This document shows positions 23,356 to 32,000 of a DNA stretch of 32,000 nucleotides, in pieces. The DNA comes from Halomicronema hongdechloris C2206 (GTDB taxonomy: Bacteria; Cyanobacteriota; Cyanobacteriia; Phormidesmidales; Phormidesmidaceae). The notes under the pieces are model-generated. The model worked only from the letters and a program-made list of their open reading frames with translations, was not told the origin of the DNA and did not search any database. A program made the position numbers and the translations under genes. The stretch's first letter is position 1. Each line of letters begins with the position of its first letter. The stretch lies in the NCBI RefSeq assembly GCF_002075285.3, contig NZ_CP021983.2:3450001-3482000 (forward strand), written 5' to 3'.

Positions 23356-24306
23356 TTAGCCTAGGGCTTCGGCACCACCCACCACTTCTAGAATTTCTTG
23401 GGTGATGGCTGCCTGACGAGCTTTGTTGTAGGTCAGGTTTAGGGTTTTCACCAACTCCTTAGCATTTTCGCTGGCATTATTCATGGCCGTCATCCGCGCC
23501 GCCAACTCACTAGCTGCTGACTCTTGTAACGCTCGCAGAATCTGATTATTCAGGTATAGAGGCAACAGGGCATCCAAAATCTGCACCGGATCCTGCTCGA
23601 AGATCATGTCCTGGGGTAAGCTTTGGGGCGCCGAAGACTCCATCTTCTGCCGCTCTACCTGAAATTCTCCCGCCCGAGTAGTCAGACGGAAGATCTCATC
23701 ATCTGAGGACTCTAATCCCTGTGGATCGAGGGGAAGCAGGGTCTGTACAACGGGGCGAGAGCTCACTAGGGAGACGAACTTGGTGTAAACCAGTTCCACC
23801 CGGTCAACCGTCTCAGACAAGAATAGTGACAGCAGCTCATCGGCAATTTGAGAAGCCTCATCGGCAGTAGGGACCTGCTCTAAGCCGGTGAAGGTGGCAT
23901 CAATGGGTTGCTCCCGGCGCTTGAAGTATTGCACTGATTTTCGCCCTACCAGCACATAGTTATAGCCGATGTTCTCAGCCGTGAGCTCTTTGGCTCGGTT
24001 CTCAGCCCGACGAATCACGTTGGTGTTGTAACCACCGCATAATCCTCGATCACCTGAAATTACTAACAGTGCAACGTTGTCGACAGGTCGTTGCTGCAGT
24101 AGGGGTAAATCGACGTCTTCAAATTTGAGCCGGGTCTGCAGGCCATAGAGTACTTGGGCTAGCCGGTCGGCAAAGGGGCGAGTGGCAATCACTTGCTCCT
24201 GGGCTCGACGTACTTTAGCGGCGGCCACTAACCGCATAGCCTCGGTAATTTTACGGGTATTTTTGACCGAATTGATGCGATCGCGAATCGCTTTTAAGTT
24301 AGGCAT
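23356..24306 (-). CDS. atpG: F1 ATP synthase gamma subunit (cyanobacterial name atpC)
   Basis: [39 protein letters not shown]... and the C-terminal ...[25 protein letters not shown] are the canonical gamma-subunit termini. Confidence 0.97.
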   Translation of the reverse strand: MPNLKAIRDRINSVKNTRKITEAMRLVAAAKVRRAQEQVIATRPFADRLAQVLYGLQTRLKFEDVDLPLLQQRPVDNVALLVISGDRGLCGGYNTNVIRRAENRAKELTAENIGYNYVLVGRKSVQYFKRREQPIDATFTGLEQVPTADEASQIADELLSLFLSETVDRVELVYTKFVSLVSSRPVVQTLLPLDPQGLESSDDEIFRLTTRAGEFQVERQKMESSAPQSLPQDMIFEQDPVQILDALLPLYLNNQILRALQESAASELAARMTAMNNASENAKELVKTLNLTYNKARQAAITQEILEVVGGAEALG

Positions 24307-24378
24307 GACATCTCCTCATATCCGCTAGGGGTTTACCGAAGCCAGATGAGATTCTGATTTCGGCCAAGTAGAGCGTGA

Positions 24379-25896
24379 CTAAGCAGCTGCCATAAAGGCT
24401 TGCTTAGCTTCTTGGATGCCTTCCTTGAGGAGGGTCTCAATCTCGTCGGTCAACTTCCTCTCGCTGCGCACTAACTCGGCATACTTGGTCTTGTTATTGC
24501 GAATATACTCCCGCATCTCCTGCGCAAAGGTCGCGACCTTGTCCACTGGGATGTCATCCATGTAGCCATTAATGCCCGCATAGATAATCGCAATCTGCTC
24601 GTCCACCGGCAGCGGAGAATATTGAGGCTGCTTCAGTAATTCCCGCAGGCGCTGGCCTCGAGCCAGCTGGCGTTGGGTAGCAGGGTCTAAATCAGAGGCA
24701 AACTGGGAGAAAGCCTGCAGCTCATCAAACTGAGCTAGCTCCAGCTTCACCTTACCCGCCACCTTCTTCATGGCCTTGATCTGGGCCGACGACCCCACTC
24801 GGGATACCGAAATACCAGCGTTAATAGCAGGCCGCAAGCCTGAGTTGAACAAATCAGACGACAGGAAGATCTGGCCATCGGTGATGGAAATCACGTTGGT
24901 GGGAATGTAGGCTGAGACGTCCCCAGCCTGGGTTTCAATAATGGGTAGGGCCGTCATACTACCTTCACCCATCTCAGGACTCAGCTTGGCAGCCCGCTCT
25001 AACAATCGAGAATGGAGATAAAACACATCGCCAGGATAGGCTTCTCGACCCGGTGGACGGCGCAGCAGTAGGGACATCTGGCGATAGGCTTGAGCCTGCT
25101 TAGACAGGTCATCATAGATCACCAGTGTGTGCTTACCCTGGTACATGAAGTGCTCGGCTAGGGCCGCCCCCGTGTAAGGAGCCAAATACTGCAGCGGAGC
25201 CGGATCATTGGCATTAGCCGAGACGACGACGGTGTAATCCATGGCACCGCGTTCTTCCAGAACGCTGACCACTTGAGCGACAGAAGATGCCTTTTGACCA
25301 ATGGCCACATATACACAGATGACATCTTCAGTCTTCTGATTCAGGATGGTGTCAATGGCGATGGCGGTCTTCCCAGTCTGCCGGTCGCCGATGATCAGCT
25401 CTCGCTGCCCCCGACCAATGGGAATCATCGCATCAATGGCAGTAATGCCCGTCTGTAGAGGTTCATAGACCGATTTACGGGCAATAATGCCAGGAGCTGG
25501 CGATTCAATCAGTCGAGTTTCACTGGTTTGGATATCTCCCTTCCCATCAATGGGACGAGCCAGGGCATCTACTGTGCGGCCAAGCAGCGCCTCTCCCACA
25601 GGCACAGAGGCAATTTTACCGGTAGCCGTCACAGGGCTTCCTTCTTGAATCCCCCGGCCAGCTCCCATCAATACAGCCCCCACATTATCCTCTTCTAGGT
25701 TGAGGGCAATCCCAACTGTGCCGTCCTCAAACTCCAGCAACTCACTGGCCATGCATTTGTCTAGGCCATAGATGCGGGCGATACCATCACCAACCTGCAG
25801 CACTGTCCCTACATTGGAAACCTTGACCTCTTGGTCGTACTGCTCAATTTGCTGGCGAATAATGCTGCTAATTTCGTCAGGTCTGATGCTAACCAT
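24379..25896 (-). CDS. atpA: F1 ATP synthase alpha subunit
   Basis: It has the Walker A motif GDRQTGKT, starts [20 protein letters not shown] and is 505 aa. Confidence 0.98.
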   Translation of the reverse strand: MVSIRPDEISSIIRQQIEQYDQEVKVSNVGTVLQVGDGIARIYGLDKCMASELLEFEDGTVGIALNLEEDNVGAVLMGAGRGIQEGSPVTATGKIASVPVGEALLGRTVDALARPIDGKGDIQTSETRLIESPAPGIIARKSVYEPLQTGITAIDAMIPIGRGQRELIIGDRQTGKTAIAIDTILNQKTEDVICVYVAIGQKASSVAQVVSVLEERGAMDYTVVVSANANDPAPLQYLAPYTGAALAEHFMYQGKHTLVIYDDLSKQAQAYRQMSLLLRRPPGREAYPGDVFYLHSRLLERAAKLSPEMGEGSMTALPIIETQAGDVSAYIPTNVISITDGQIFLSSDLFNSGLRPAINAGISVSRVGSSAQIKAMKKVAGKVKLELAQFDELQAFSQFASDLDPATQRQLARGQRLRELLKQPQYSPLPVDEQIAIIYAGINGYMDDIPVDKVATFAQEMREYIRNNKTKYAELVRSERKLTDEIETLLKEGIQEAKQAFMAAA

Positions 25897-25946
25897 GGGC
25901 GTTACTCTAAAACTTCAATAAACGTCAAGACAAAGGAACTGACCAG

Positions 25947-26507
25947 CTATACTGTAGCCGAGCTGAGCTGCATACCAATACGGCGTAACTGCCCCCGTAA
26001 ACTGGCATCAACTACCTGGGAGCCGACCTTGATAATGACGCCCCCCAGTAAATCTGGGTTAATCTCAATGGTCAACTCTGCTTGGTGAGCCCCCGTCATT
26101 TCAATTACCTGTTGGCGGAGGGCTGCCTGTTGCGCCTCTGATAGGTCAACGGCTGCCGTTACTTCGGCCAAGACAGTCTGCTTTAGTTCCCGTAATAGGG
26201 CTTGATACTGCCTCAGGATATCTGTCAGCAACAGAATGCGACCACGATCTACCAAGAGCATGAGAAAGTTGAGCATTAACGGATGCACTGTCTCTCTAAC
26301 TAGCTCCTTTAGAGCCCCTTTCTTAGCGGCACTAGAGACAAGGGGATTGTTCAAAAACTGGGTTAACTCATCGGATGTCGTCAGCAAAGACAGTAAGGCA
26401 TCAGCATCTTCTCCAAAGCGCTCGGCCAAATCATTATCCTGGGCAATGGCCAATAGCGCTTCAGCATAAGGACCGACAATCTCAGCAGTAACATTGCTTG
26501 TGCTCAT
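25947..26507 (-). CDS. atpH: F1 ATP synthase delta subunit (OSCP; cyanobacterial name atpD)
   Basis: It is 186 aa and reads ...IVGPYAEALLAIAQ...GGVIIKVGSQVVDASLRGQLRRI. An ATGA overlap joins it to the subunit b stop. It lies between b and alpha. Confidence 0.93.
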   Translation of the reverse strand: MSTSNVTAEIVGPYAEALLAIAQDNDLAERFGEDADALLSLLTTSDELTQFLNNPLVSSAAKKGALKELVRETVHPLMLNFLMLLVDRGRILLLTDILRQYQALLRELKQTVLAEVTAAVDLSEAQQAALRQQVIEMTGAHQAELTIEINPDLLGGVIIKVGSQVVDASLRGQLRRIGMQLSSATV

Positions 26508-27031
26508 GAACGACCTCCCGTCAACAGGGCAATGCTGCGATCAATCAAACGACGCTGATAATCAGCATCTAGTCGATGAGGCAATTCAGCTTCCACCTGC
26601 TCCATAGCTAGAGCAACCACTCGTTGGCGCAGTTCTTGTAGTACGCGTTCCTGTTGAGAGGTCAAGTCGCGGGCTGCATTAGCCTTCATCCGCTCAATAT
26701 CTTCTTGAGCTTCAGCCAAAATAGTTTCCCGCGCTTTAGCGGCTGACTCTTCCGCCTTAGCCAGAATTTGTCTTGCCTCCGCTTTGGCCTGGGCAAGTCT
26801 CTGCTGCTGTTCAGCTAAGGCAGCAGATGCCTTTTGCTTACGCTGTTCAGCTTCCGTGATGGCTTCTTCAATAGAGGCACGACGCTGACTCAGGGTATTC
26901 CCCAAGAACTTTCTACCGAAGTAAACCAAAATGCCGATGACGATAGCTAAGTTGATGAGATTGGTCTCTAGGATGTCGAAATTGAGACCCAATCCCCCCT
27001 CTTCTGTTGCTAGCAACGAAACGATAGCCAT
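26504..27031 (-). CDS. atpF: F0 ATP synthase subunit b
   Basis: It has a single N-terminal TM helix followed by a long charged helix (AEQRKQKASAALAEQQQRLAQAKAEARQIL). I prefer ATG 27031 (MAIVSLLATEEGG..., with AAGGG upstream) to the TTG at 27067 used in the track. Confidence 0.9.
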   Translation of the reverse strand: MAIVSLLATEEGGLGLNFDILETNLINLAIVIGILVYFGRKFLGNTLSQRRASIEEAITEAEQRKQKASAALAEQQQRLAQAKAEARQILAKAEESAAKARETILAEAQEDIERMKANAARDLTSQQERVLQELRQRVVALAMEQVEAELPHRLDADYQRRLIDRSIALLTGGRS

Positions 27032-27110
27032 AACCCTTATGTCTTCAACGGTGCAGCCTGCCAACACTGCTGATCAAAATTTCTAGTAACGTCCTGGCTG
27101 GGAGTCACCC

Positions 27111-27596
27111 TTAAGCCGCAGCTGACCTTAAAACCTTGTCCAGAATTTGGCGACTCAGATCACCTACTTGTTGCTCTAGGCTCTGCAAAGCTGCCTGCTT
27201 CTGCTCATCAAGCTCTTGCTGAACTTGCTCCCGTTCAGCCTGCGCTTCTTGCTGAGCGTCAGCTCGACTCTGGGCCGCCATTTTCTGCGCAGCTTCCTGG
27301 GCCTGGGCAATGATGCTCTGGGCCTGACGTCGAGTCGTGGCCAAGTCTTGCTCATACTGCTGAGCCAGCTGTTCCGCTTTCGCTAAACGCTCCTGGGCAT
27401 CCGCCTGATTGGTGCGGATGTATCCATTCCGCTCATCGATGGCGTTGCCGAGCGGACGATAGAAAATCACATTCAGGACGGCTGCCAGGATTAAAAATTG
27501 CACAGCCATGAGCGGCAGGGTAGCGTCAAAGTCAAAGAGACCACCGCTCTCCTCTGCCGCTGCTTCAACAGCCAATATATACATCCAGTTCATCAT
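27111..27596 (-). CDS. F0 ATP synthase subunit b'
   Basis: This is a second b-type subunit (TM helix plus an A/Q/E-rich helix) between c and b, as in cyanobacteria and chloroplasts (cyanobacterial atpG). Confidence 0.9.
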   Translation of the reverse strand: MMNWMYILAVEAAAEESGGLFDFDATLPLMAVQFLILAAVLNVIFYRPLGNAIDERNGYIRTNQADAQERLAKAEQLAQQYEQDLATTRRQAQSIIAQAQEAAQKMAAQSRADAQQEAQAEREQVQQELDEQKQAALQSLEQQVGDLSRQILDKVLRSAAA

Positions 27597-27699
27597 GGTC
27601 CTACAACCCTCAAGGCACCCCTGAGGTGCTCACGATCAGCATTCTGTTAAATCAAATTCAGAGGGAGGCTCGAGAAACTCCCTCTGAAACTGTTGCTGG

Positions 27700-27954
<255 letters not shown>

Positions 27955-28098
27955 TCAAGTAGACAATCAACAACATCTAAATTTTGACGGGATAGGGCGA
28001 GAGACCGTTCTCGCTGCTTTCTGCCGGTCCGTCTGACCGGAGGTTGACTGAGGAGATTTATCAATCAATAGCCAACCAACTGAGCGATCCAGTGGGAA

Positions 28099-28854
28099 TC
28101 ACCCATGCTCTTCTCCACCATGCCCTTCCATTGCCTCTCCGATATAGGCCGCTGCTAAGGTGGCAAAAATTAGAGCCTGAATCGCACTCGTGAATAAGCC
28201 CAAAGCCATCACTGGCAAGGGCACAAACAGCGGTACTAACAGCACCAAAACAGCGACTACTAGCTCATCCGCCAAGATATTGCCAAATAGACGGAAGCTC
28301 AGAGAAAGGGGCTTGGTGAAATCTTCTAAAATATTGATCGGGAGCAGAATTGGAGTTGGCTCAATATAGCGGGCGAAATACCCAAGGCCACGCTTGCTGA
28401 ATCCGGCATAGAAATAGGCCAAGGATGTCAACAGGGCCAACGCCACAGTGGTATTAATGTCGTTCGTGGGCGCAGCCAACTCACTTGCTGGCAATTCAAT
28501 TAGCTTCCAGGGCACCAATGCCCCAGACCAGTTGGAGACAAAGATGAAAAGAAACAGGGTACCGACAAATGGAACCCAGGGTCGATACTCCTTCTCACCA
28601 ATCTGATTTTTGGCCAGGTCCCGGATGAACTCCAGAGCATACTCCATAAAGTTCTGCAGCCCCGATGGAATCCGCTCCACTCTGCGTGTCGCCAGCAGTG
28701 AAAAGATCACAAGGGCGGCAATCACGAACCAGGAGGTCAGGAACACCTGTCCATGAAGCTTTAAATTGCCAATCTGCCAATAGAGGTGCTGACCAACTTC
28801 TAGCTCAGCTAGAGGCAGTGGCATCAGTAGGGAAAAATCGCTAACCATCTCCAC
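28099..28854 (-). CDS. atpB: F0 ATP synthase subunit a (cyanobacterial name atpI)
   Basis: [25 protein letters not shown]... and ...[16 protein letters not shown] contain the conserved Arg of subunit a. The track start is a GTG at 28854; ATG 28848 is an alternative. Confidence 0.95.
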   Translation of the reverse strand: MEMVSDFSLLMPLPLAELEVGQHLYWQIGNLKLHGQVFLTSWFVIAALVIFSLLATRRVERIPSGLQNFMEYALEFIRDLAKNQIGEKEYRPWVPFVGTLFLFIFVSNWSGALVPWKLIELPASELAAPTNDINTTVALALLTSLAYFYAGFSKRGLGYFARYIEPTPILLPINILEDFTKPLSLSFRLFGNILADELVVAVLVLLVPLFVPLPVMALGLFTSAIQALIFATLAAAYIGEAMEGHGGEEHG

Positions 28855-28919
28855 TTGATTTAAGATTTCCGTAGGAATCTACAGGGAAAACAGTGCTAGA
28901 CTGACTAACTAAGTCTTAA

Positions 28920-29366
28920 TCACTCATTTAACACTGCTGTCCACAGAATGTAGCCGATTAAGGCTGCTTTGTAGGTTAGAAAACCTAGAAATACTGGCAT
29001 TACGGCTAATTGCTCCCACTGAGTAGCCACTAAAATAAGCCCCACAAATAGAGCGAGTCGACTACTACCGAGTTTTTTCCGAGAGCGGCCTAGCTCGGCA
29101 ACGCTCTTGGACAACATCCTCAAGTAAATCACACCCGTGCACGCTCCAAGCAAATAGTTTAGGGCAGTGGACAGGCTGTAGAAAAACCATACAAAGAAGA
29201 AGATGATTCCTGTTAAGGCAAGGGTAGAGAGCAGCAGATTTTGCTGGAGCCGATAGTAGTCATCCATCGCCTGATCCGAGGCAATGGATTGAGATTGCGA
29301 TCGACTGCTGTCAGCGATTAACTCTTCGTCTTCACCTTCATCTATCGGAGGTCGCGATAGCGTCAC
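28920..29366 (-). CDS. atpI: ATP synthase protein I (cyanobacterial name atp1)
   Basis: It is a small hydrophobic protein and the first gene of the operon, immediately upstream of subunit a. The start is a GTG at 29366, and the exact start is uncertain. Confidence 0.75.
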   Translation of the reverse strand: MTLSRPPIDEGEDEELIADSSRSQSQSIASDQAMDDYYRLQQNLLLSTLALTGIIFFFVWFFYSLSTALNYLLGACTGVIYLRMLSKSVAELGRSRKKLGSSRLALFVGLILVATQWEQLAVMPVFLGFLTYKAALIGYILWTAVLNE

Positions 29367-29550
29367 CGAAATCCAGTCCTTCTCTGCAGGGTGTTGTGCC
29401 GTAAGCCACAGGAGATCATATCACGGCAATAATACTTAATGATGCTTTTGCTGGGGATTTGGCACAGATTTCTGTAGAGGGTTCAGTCTGTAAGGCGTTT
29501 GGCGCTCATCCCTATCTTGGCCCAGACTTGCGTTGGACTTGAATAAATGT

Positions 29551-29568
29551 AATGCCTCTAGAGGCATT
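29551..29568. terminator. Perfect 18-bp palindrome AATGCCTCTAGAGGCATT; a candidate terminator downstream of the methyltransferase gene
   Basis: Read directly. It starts 11 nt after the methyltransferase stop. It has T/A-rich flanks on both sides but no long U tract. Confidence 0.4.
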
Positions 29569-29578
29569 AAAACTATCC

Positions 29579-30808
29579 TCAGGATTGCCCAGAGGTGGAT
29601 AACAGAATTAACTGACGTCGTTGCAGCGATCGCACGGTTTCCAGAGGCAGAGGGTGACTGCGGAGAAGATACTCGACCGTTTCTTGTCCTGATGCAGCTT
29701 CGCAGGCCTGAAGGAAGTCATACTCTGCCTCACTGAGATCGACGATGCGGTAGTCACAGTCGAAGATACTGCGGCTGGGCCATCCTTCCATGCAAGGATG
29801 GCGTTCTGGCTTAGCCTGCAACAGCGTGTCGTCGTCATTCCAGTTGCTGTGGCCTAGGGGGGGCTTAGCGAGGAAAAATTCGTAGTGGGTGATCTCAGGA
29901 TCCAATAATTCAATTAAGCGGTAGCGCTGTCGTTCATTTAAGGGGGCGACGCGGGCTAGTAGGTCAGGCTGGTTTCCTAGTAAGCGCTCGAGGTTCCAAT
30001 AGGCTGGGTTAGAGAAGCCAACGAACTGTAGCCCGGAGGCGTCGATCAACTCAAACAGGGTATCAATGGTGTAGTCCACCTCTTGGGGATGGAGGTACAT
30101 GTCGGCGAAGCATTCGTCCCGCTGGTTCTCTAGAGACCATCGCTCTTGCTCGCGACGCTTGAGGCGATTGGTGTCGGGTAGGCTGGCGAAGAGTTGGCGA
30201 CCGAGGGTGACACCATCACGATAATCGCCCCGTTTGGGGCCTTGCAGTAGGGCAATCGCCTGCTGCATTAGGTTGATTTCCCAGCGCCCTAGGGCTGCAT
30301 ATACAAAGATATGAAAAATACCGCCAGGGGCTAGCTTGGCTGCCAGGGACTGAATCCCTCGAATGGGATCGGGAAGATGGTGCAAGACGCCAACGCAGTT
30401 GATCCAATCGAATTGCCCCGGTAGCTGGTCGGCAGCGTAGAGGCTCAGGGCCTGAAAGTCGACCCGAGCGGCGGCGGAACGCCGACACCGTTCTCGGGCG
30501 GTTGCGATCGCACGATCACTCAAATCAATCCCCAGCACCTCAGCCTTAGGATTGAGATGGACCAGATATTCCGTTCCCACTCCCGTACCACAGCCAGCAT
30601 CAAGCACCCGCACATGATCGCGGTTAGGCTTATGGCCTGAGCAGAAACTGTAAGCCGCCTGCCAATGCCAGCGCCAGTTATATCCTGGCGGGGGCCGATC
30701 TAAAAACGGCTCTGGCGGAAACGGATACGTATTATATAGCTGGGCAACCGCCTCGCTCACCGTAGAGACCTTATCCATAGCCACATCAAACCCCGTAACA
30801 GACATCAA
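29579..30808 (-). CDS. Class I SAM-dependent methyltransferase with a C-terminal extension
   Basis: Motif I is VLDAGCGTGVGTEYL and the post-I motif is VLGIDLS. ...INCVGVLHHLPDP follows. I prefer ATG 30808 (MSVTGF...) to the TTG at 30811. Confidence 0.85.
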   Translation of the reverse strand: MMSVTGFDVAMDKVSTVSEAVAQLYNTYPFPPEPFLDRPPPGYNWRWHWQAAYSFCSGHKPNRDHVRVLDAGCGTGVGTEYLVHLNPKAEVLGIDLSDRAIATARERCRRSAAARVDFQALSLYAADQLPGQFDWINCVGVLHHLPDPIRGIQSLAAKLAPGGIFHIFVYAALGRWEINLMQQAIALLQGPKRGDYRDGVTLGRQLFASLPDTNRLKRREQERWSLENQRDECFADMYLHPQEVDYTIDTLFELIDASGLQFVGFSNPAYWNLERLLGNQPDLLARVAPLNERQRYRLIELLDPEITHYEFFLAKPPLGHSNWNDDDTLLQAKPERHPCMEGWPSRSIFDCDYRIVDLSEAEYDFLQACEAASGQETVEYLLRSHPLPLETVRSLQRRQLILLSTSGQS

Positions 30809-30827
30809 CAATCTCGTCTCTTCCCAC

Positions 30828-30867
30828 CACCACTCTTCTCATAACCCCACCACTCTTCTCATAACCC
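30828..30867. repeat. Perfect 20-bp tandem direct repeat (CACCACTCTTCTCATAACCC x2)
   Basis: Read directly. It lies 17-56 nt upstream of the methyltransferase start, in the divergent intergenic region shared with apcE. Confidence 0.9.
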
Positions 30868-31262
30868 CTAAGTTGCCAACCCCATAAGCTTTCGCCGAGC
30901 CTTGCTGAGGACTAATAATTCTGAGAACTAATTAAGCATTAATACGGAAGGCCCCCTGGCCCCGCCCTGAACGTTACAAAAATTATCTTTACTCTCAGAC
31001 TGGTCCCCCTTTCCCCTTATCCCCTTATGATGGCTGAGGAGTAAGCAAGTCCGAATGCTACACAGTTTTTAATAAAGTCGTGTTGCATCCCTTAAACGGT
31101 TTACTCTGATATCTATCTGAAAATCTGTTCCAATAATTTATACTCCGTCACAGGACGACTGCTCTGGTCATAAGCCAGCTGGACCTCTGTCAGCGGCATA
31201 TTGCCAGTATTCATCTGCCGAGGCGGATGTCAGAGCGACGAGTCTGATGAGTCACTAGCTGA

Positions 31263-32000
<738 letters not shown>

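Noticed and set aside
26504-27067. The long form of ATP synthase subunit b, starting at TTG 27067
   Set aside because: The extra 12 residues (MLAGCTVEDIRV) precede a good ATG with an AAGGG ribosome-binding sequence at 27031. Known b subunits begin close to the TM helix.
30973-30993. An HLR1-like (RpaB-type) motif, GTTACAAA, upstream of apcE
   Set aside because: Only the first half-site is good. The best second half-site (TTTACTCT) is at the wrong spacing (15 instead of 10 nt) and matches 6 of 8 positions. That is not enough to call.

Overview
This is a cyanobacterial chromosomal window. The evidence is very frequent HIP1 palindromes (GCGATCGC), an apcE 5' end, and an ATP synthase operon in the cyanobacterial order I-a-c-b'-b-delta-alpha-gamma.

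Positions 1-18630 are entirely minus-strand and form one tightly packed operon. Gene gaps are 2-65 nt apart from one 155-bp gap and a 194-bp spacer before the last gene, and four junctions are ATGA stop/start overlaps. The operon encodes a phage-tail-like contractile injection machine in Mu/P2 gene order: sheath, tube, assembly chaperone, a proline-rich tape-measure-like protein, a Mu gp43-like protein, a gpD-like hub, a gpV spike, a PAAR-like protein, a PKD-like protein, gp25/W, baseplate J, a gpI-like wedge, a fibre-collar adaptor and a tail fibre.

A distal module that I cannot assign to known families follows. It consists of a 111-aa coiled-coil protein, a 258-aa protein, a 1104-aa extremely acidic helical-repeat protein and the start of an RHS/YD-repeat protein. 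No capsid, portal, terminase, lysis, integrase or AAA+ ATPase gene is visible. I therefore read the operon as a tailocin/eCIS-type system rather than a prophage, and the distal module is its most novel part.

A 750-bp AT-rich leader lies upstream of the sheath gene. It is followed by a transposase 3' fossil, heptanucleotide (STRR-like) tandem repeats, and a cytoplasmic S8/kexin-like protease whose P-domain end appears frameshifted at a G6 run.

Next come a low-GC orphan membrane protein and a trkA/ktrA-like pseudogene broken by a 13-bp tandem duplication. The rest is conserved core: atpI-B-E-(b')-F-H-A-G, a SAM methyltransferase and apcE. All family assignments rest on motif recognition by eye. 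No searches were run.
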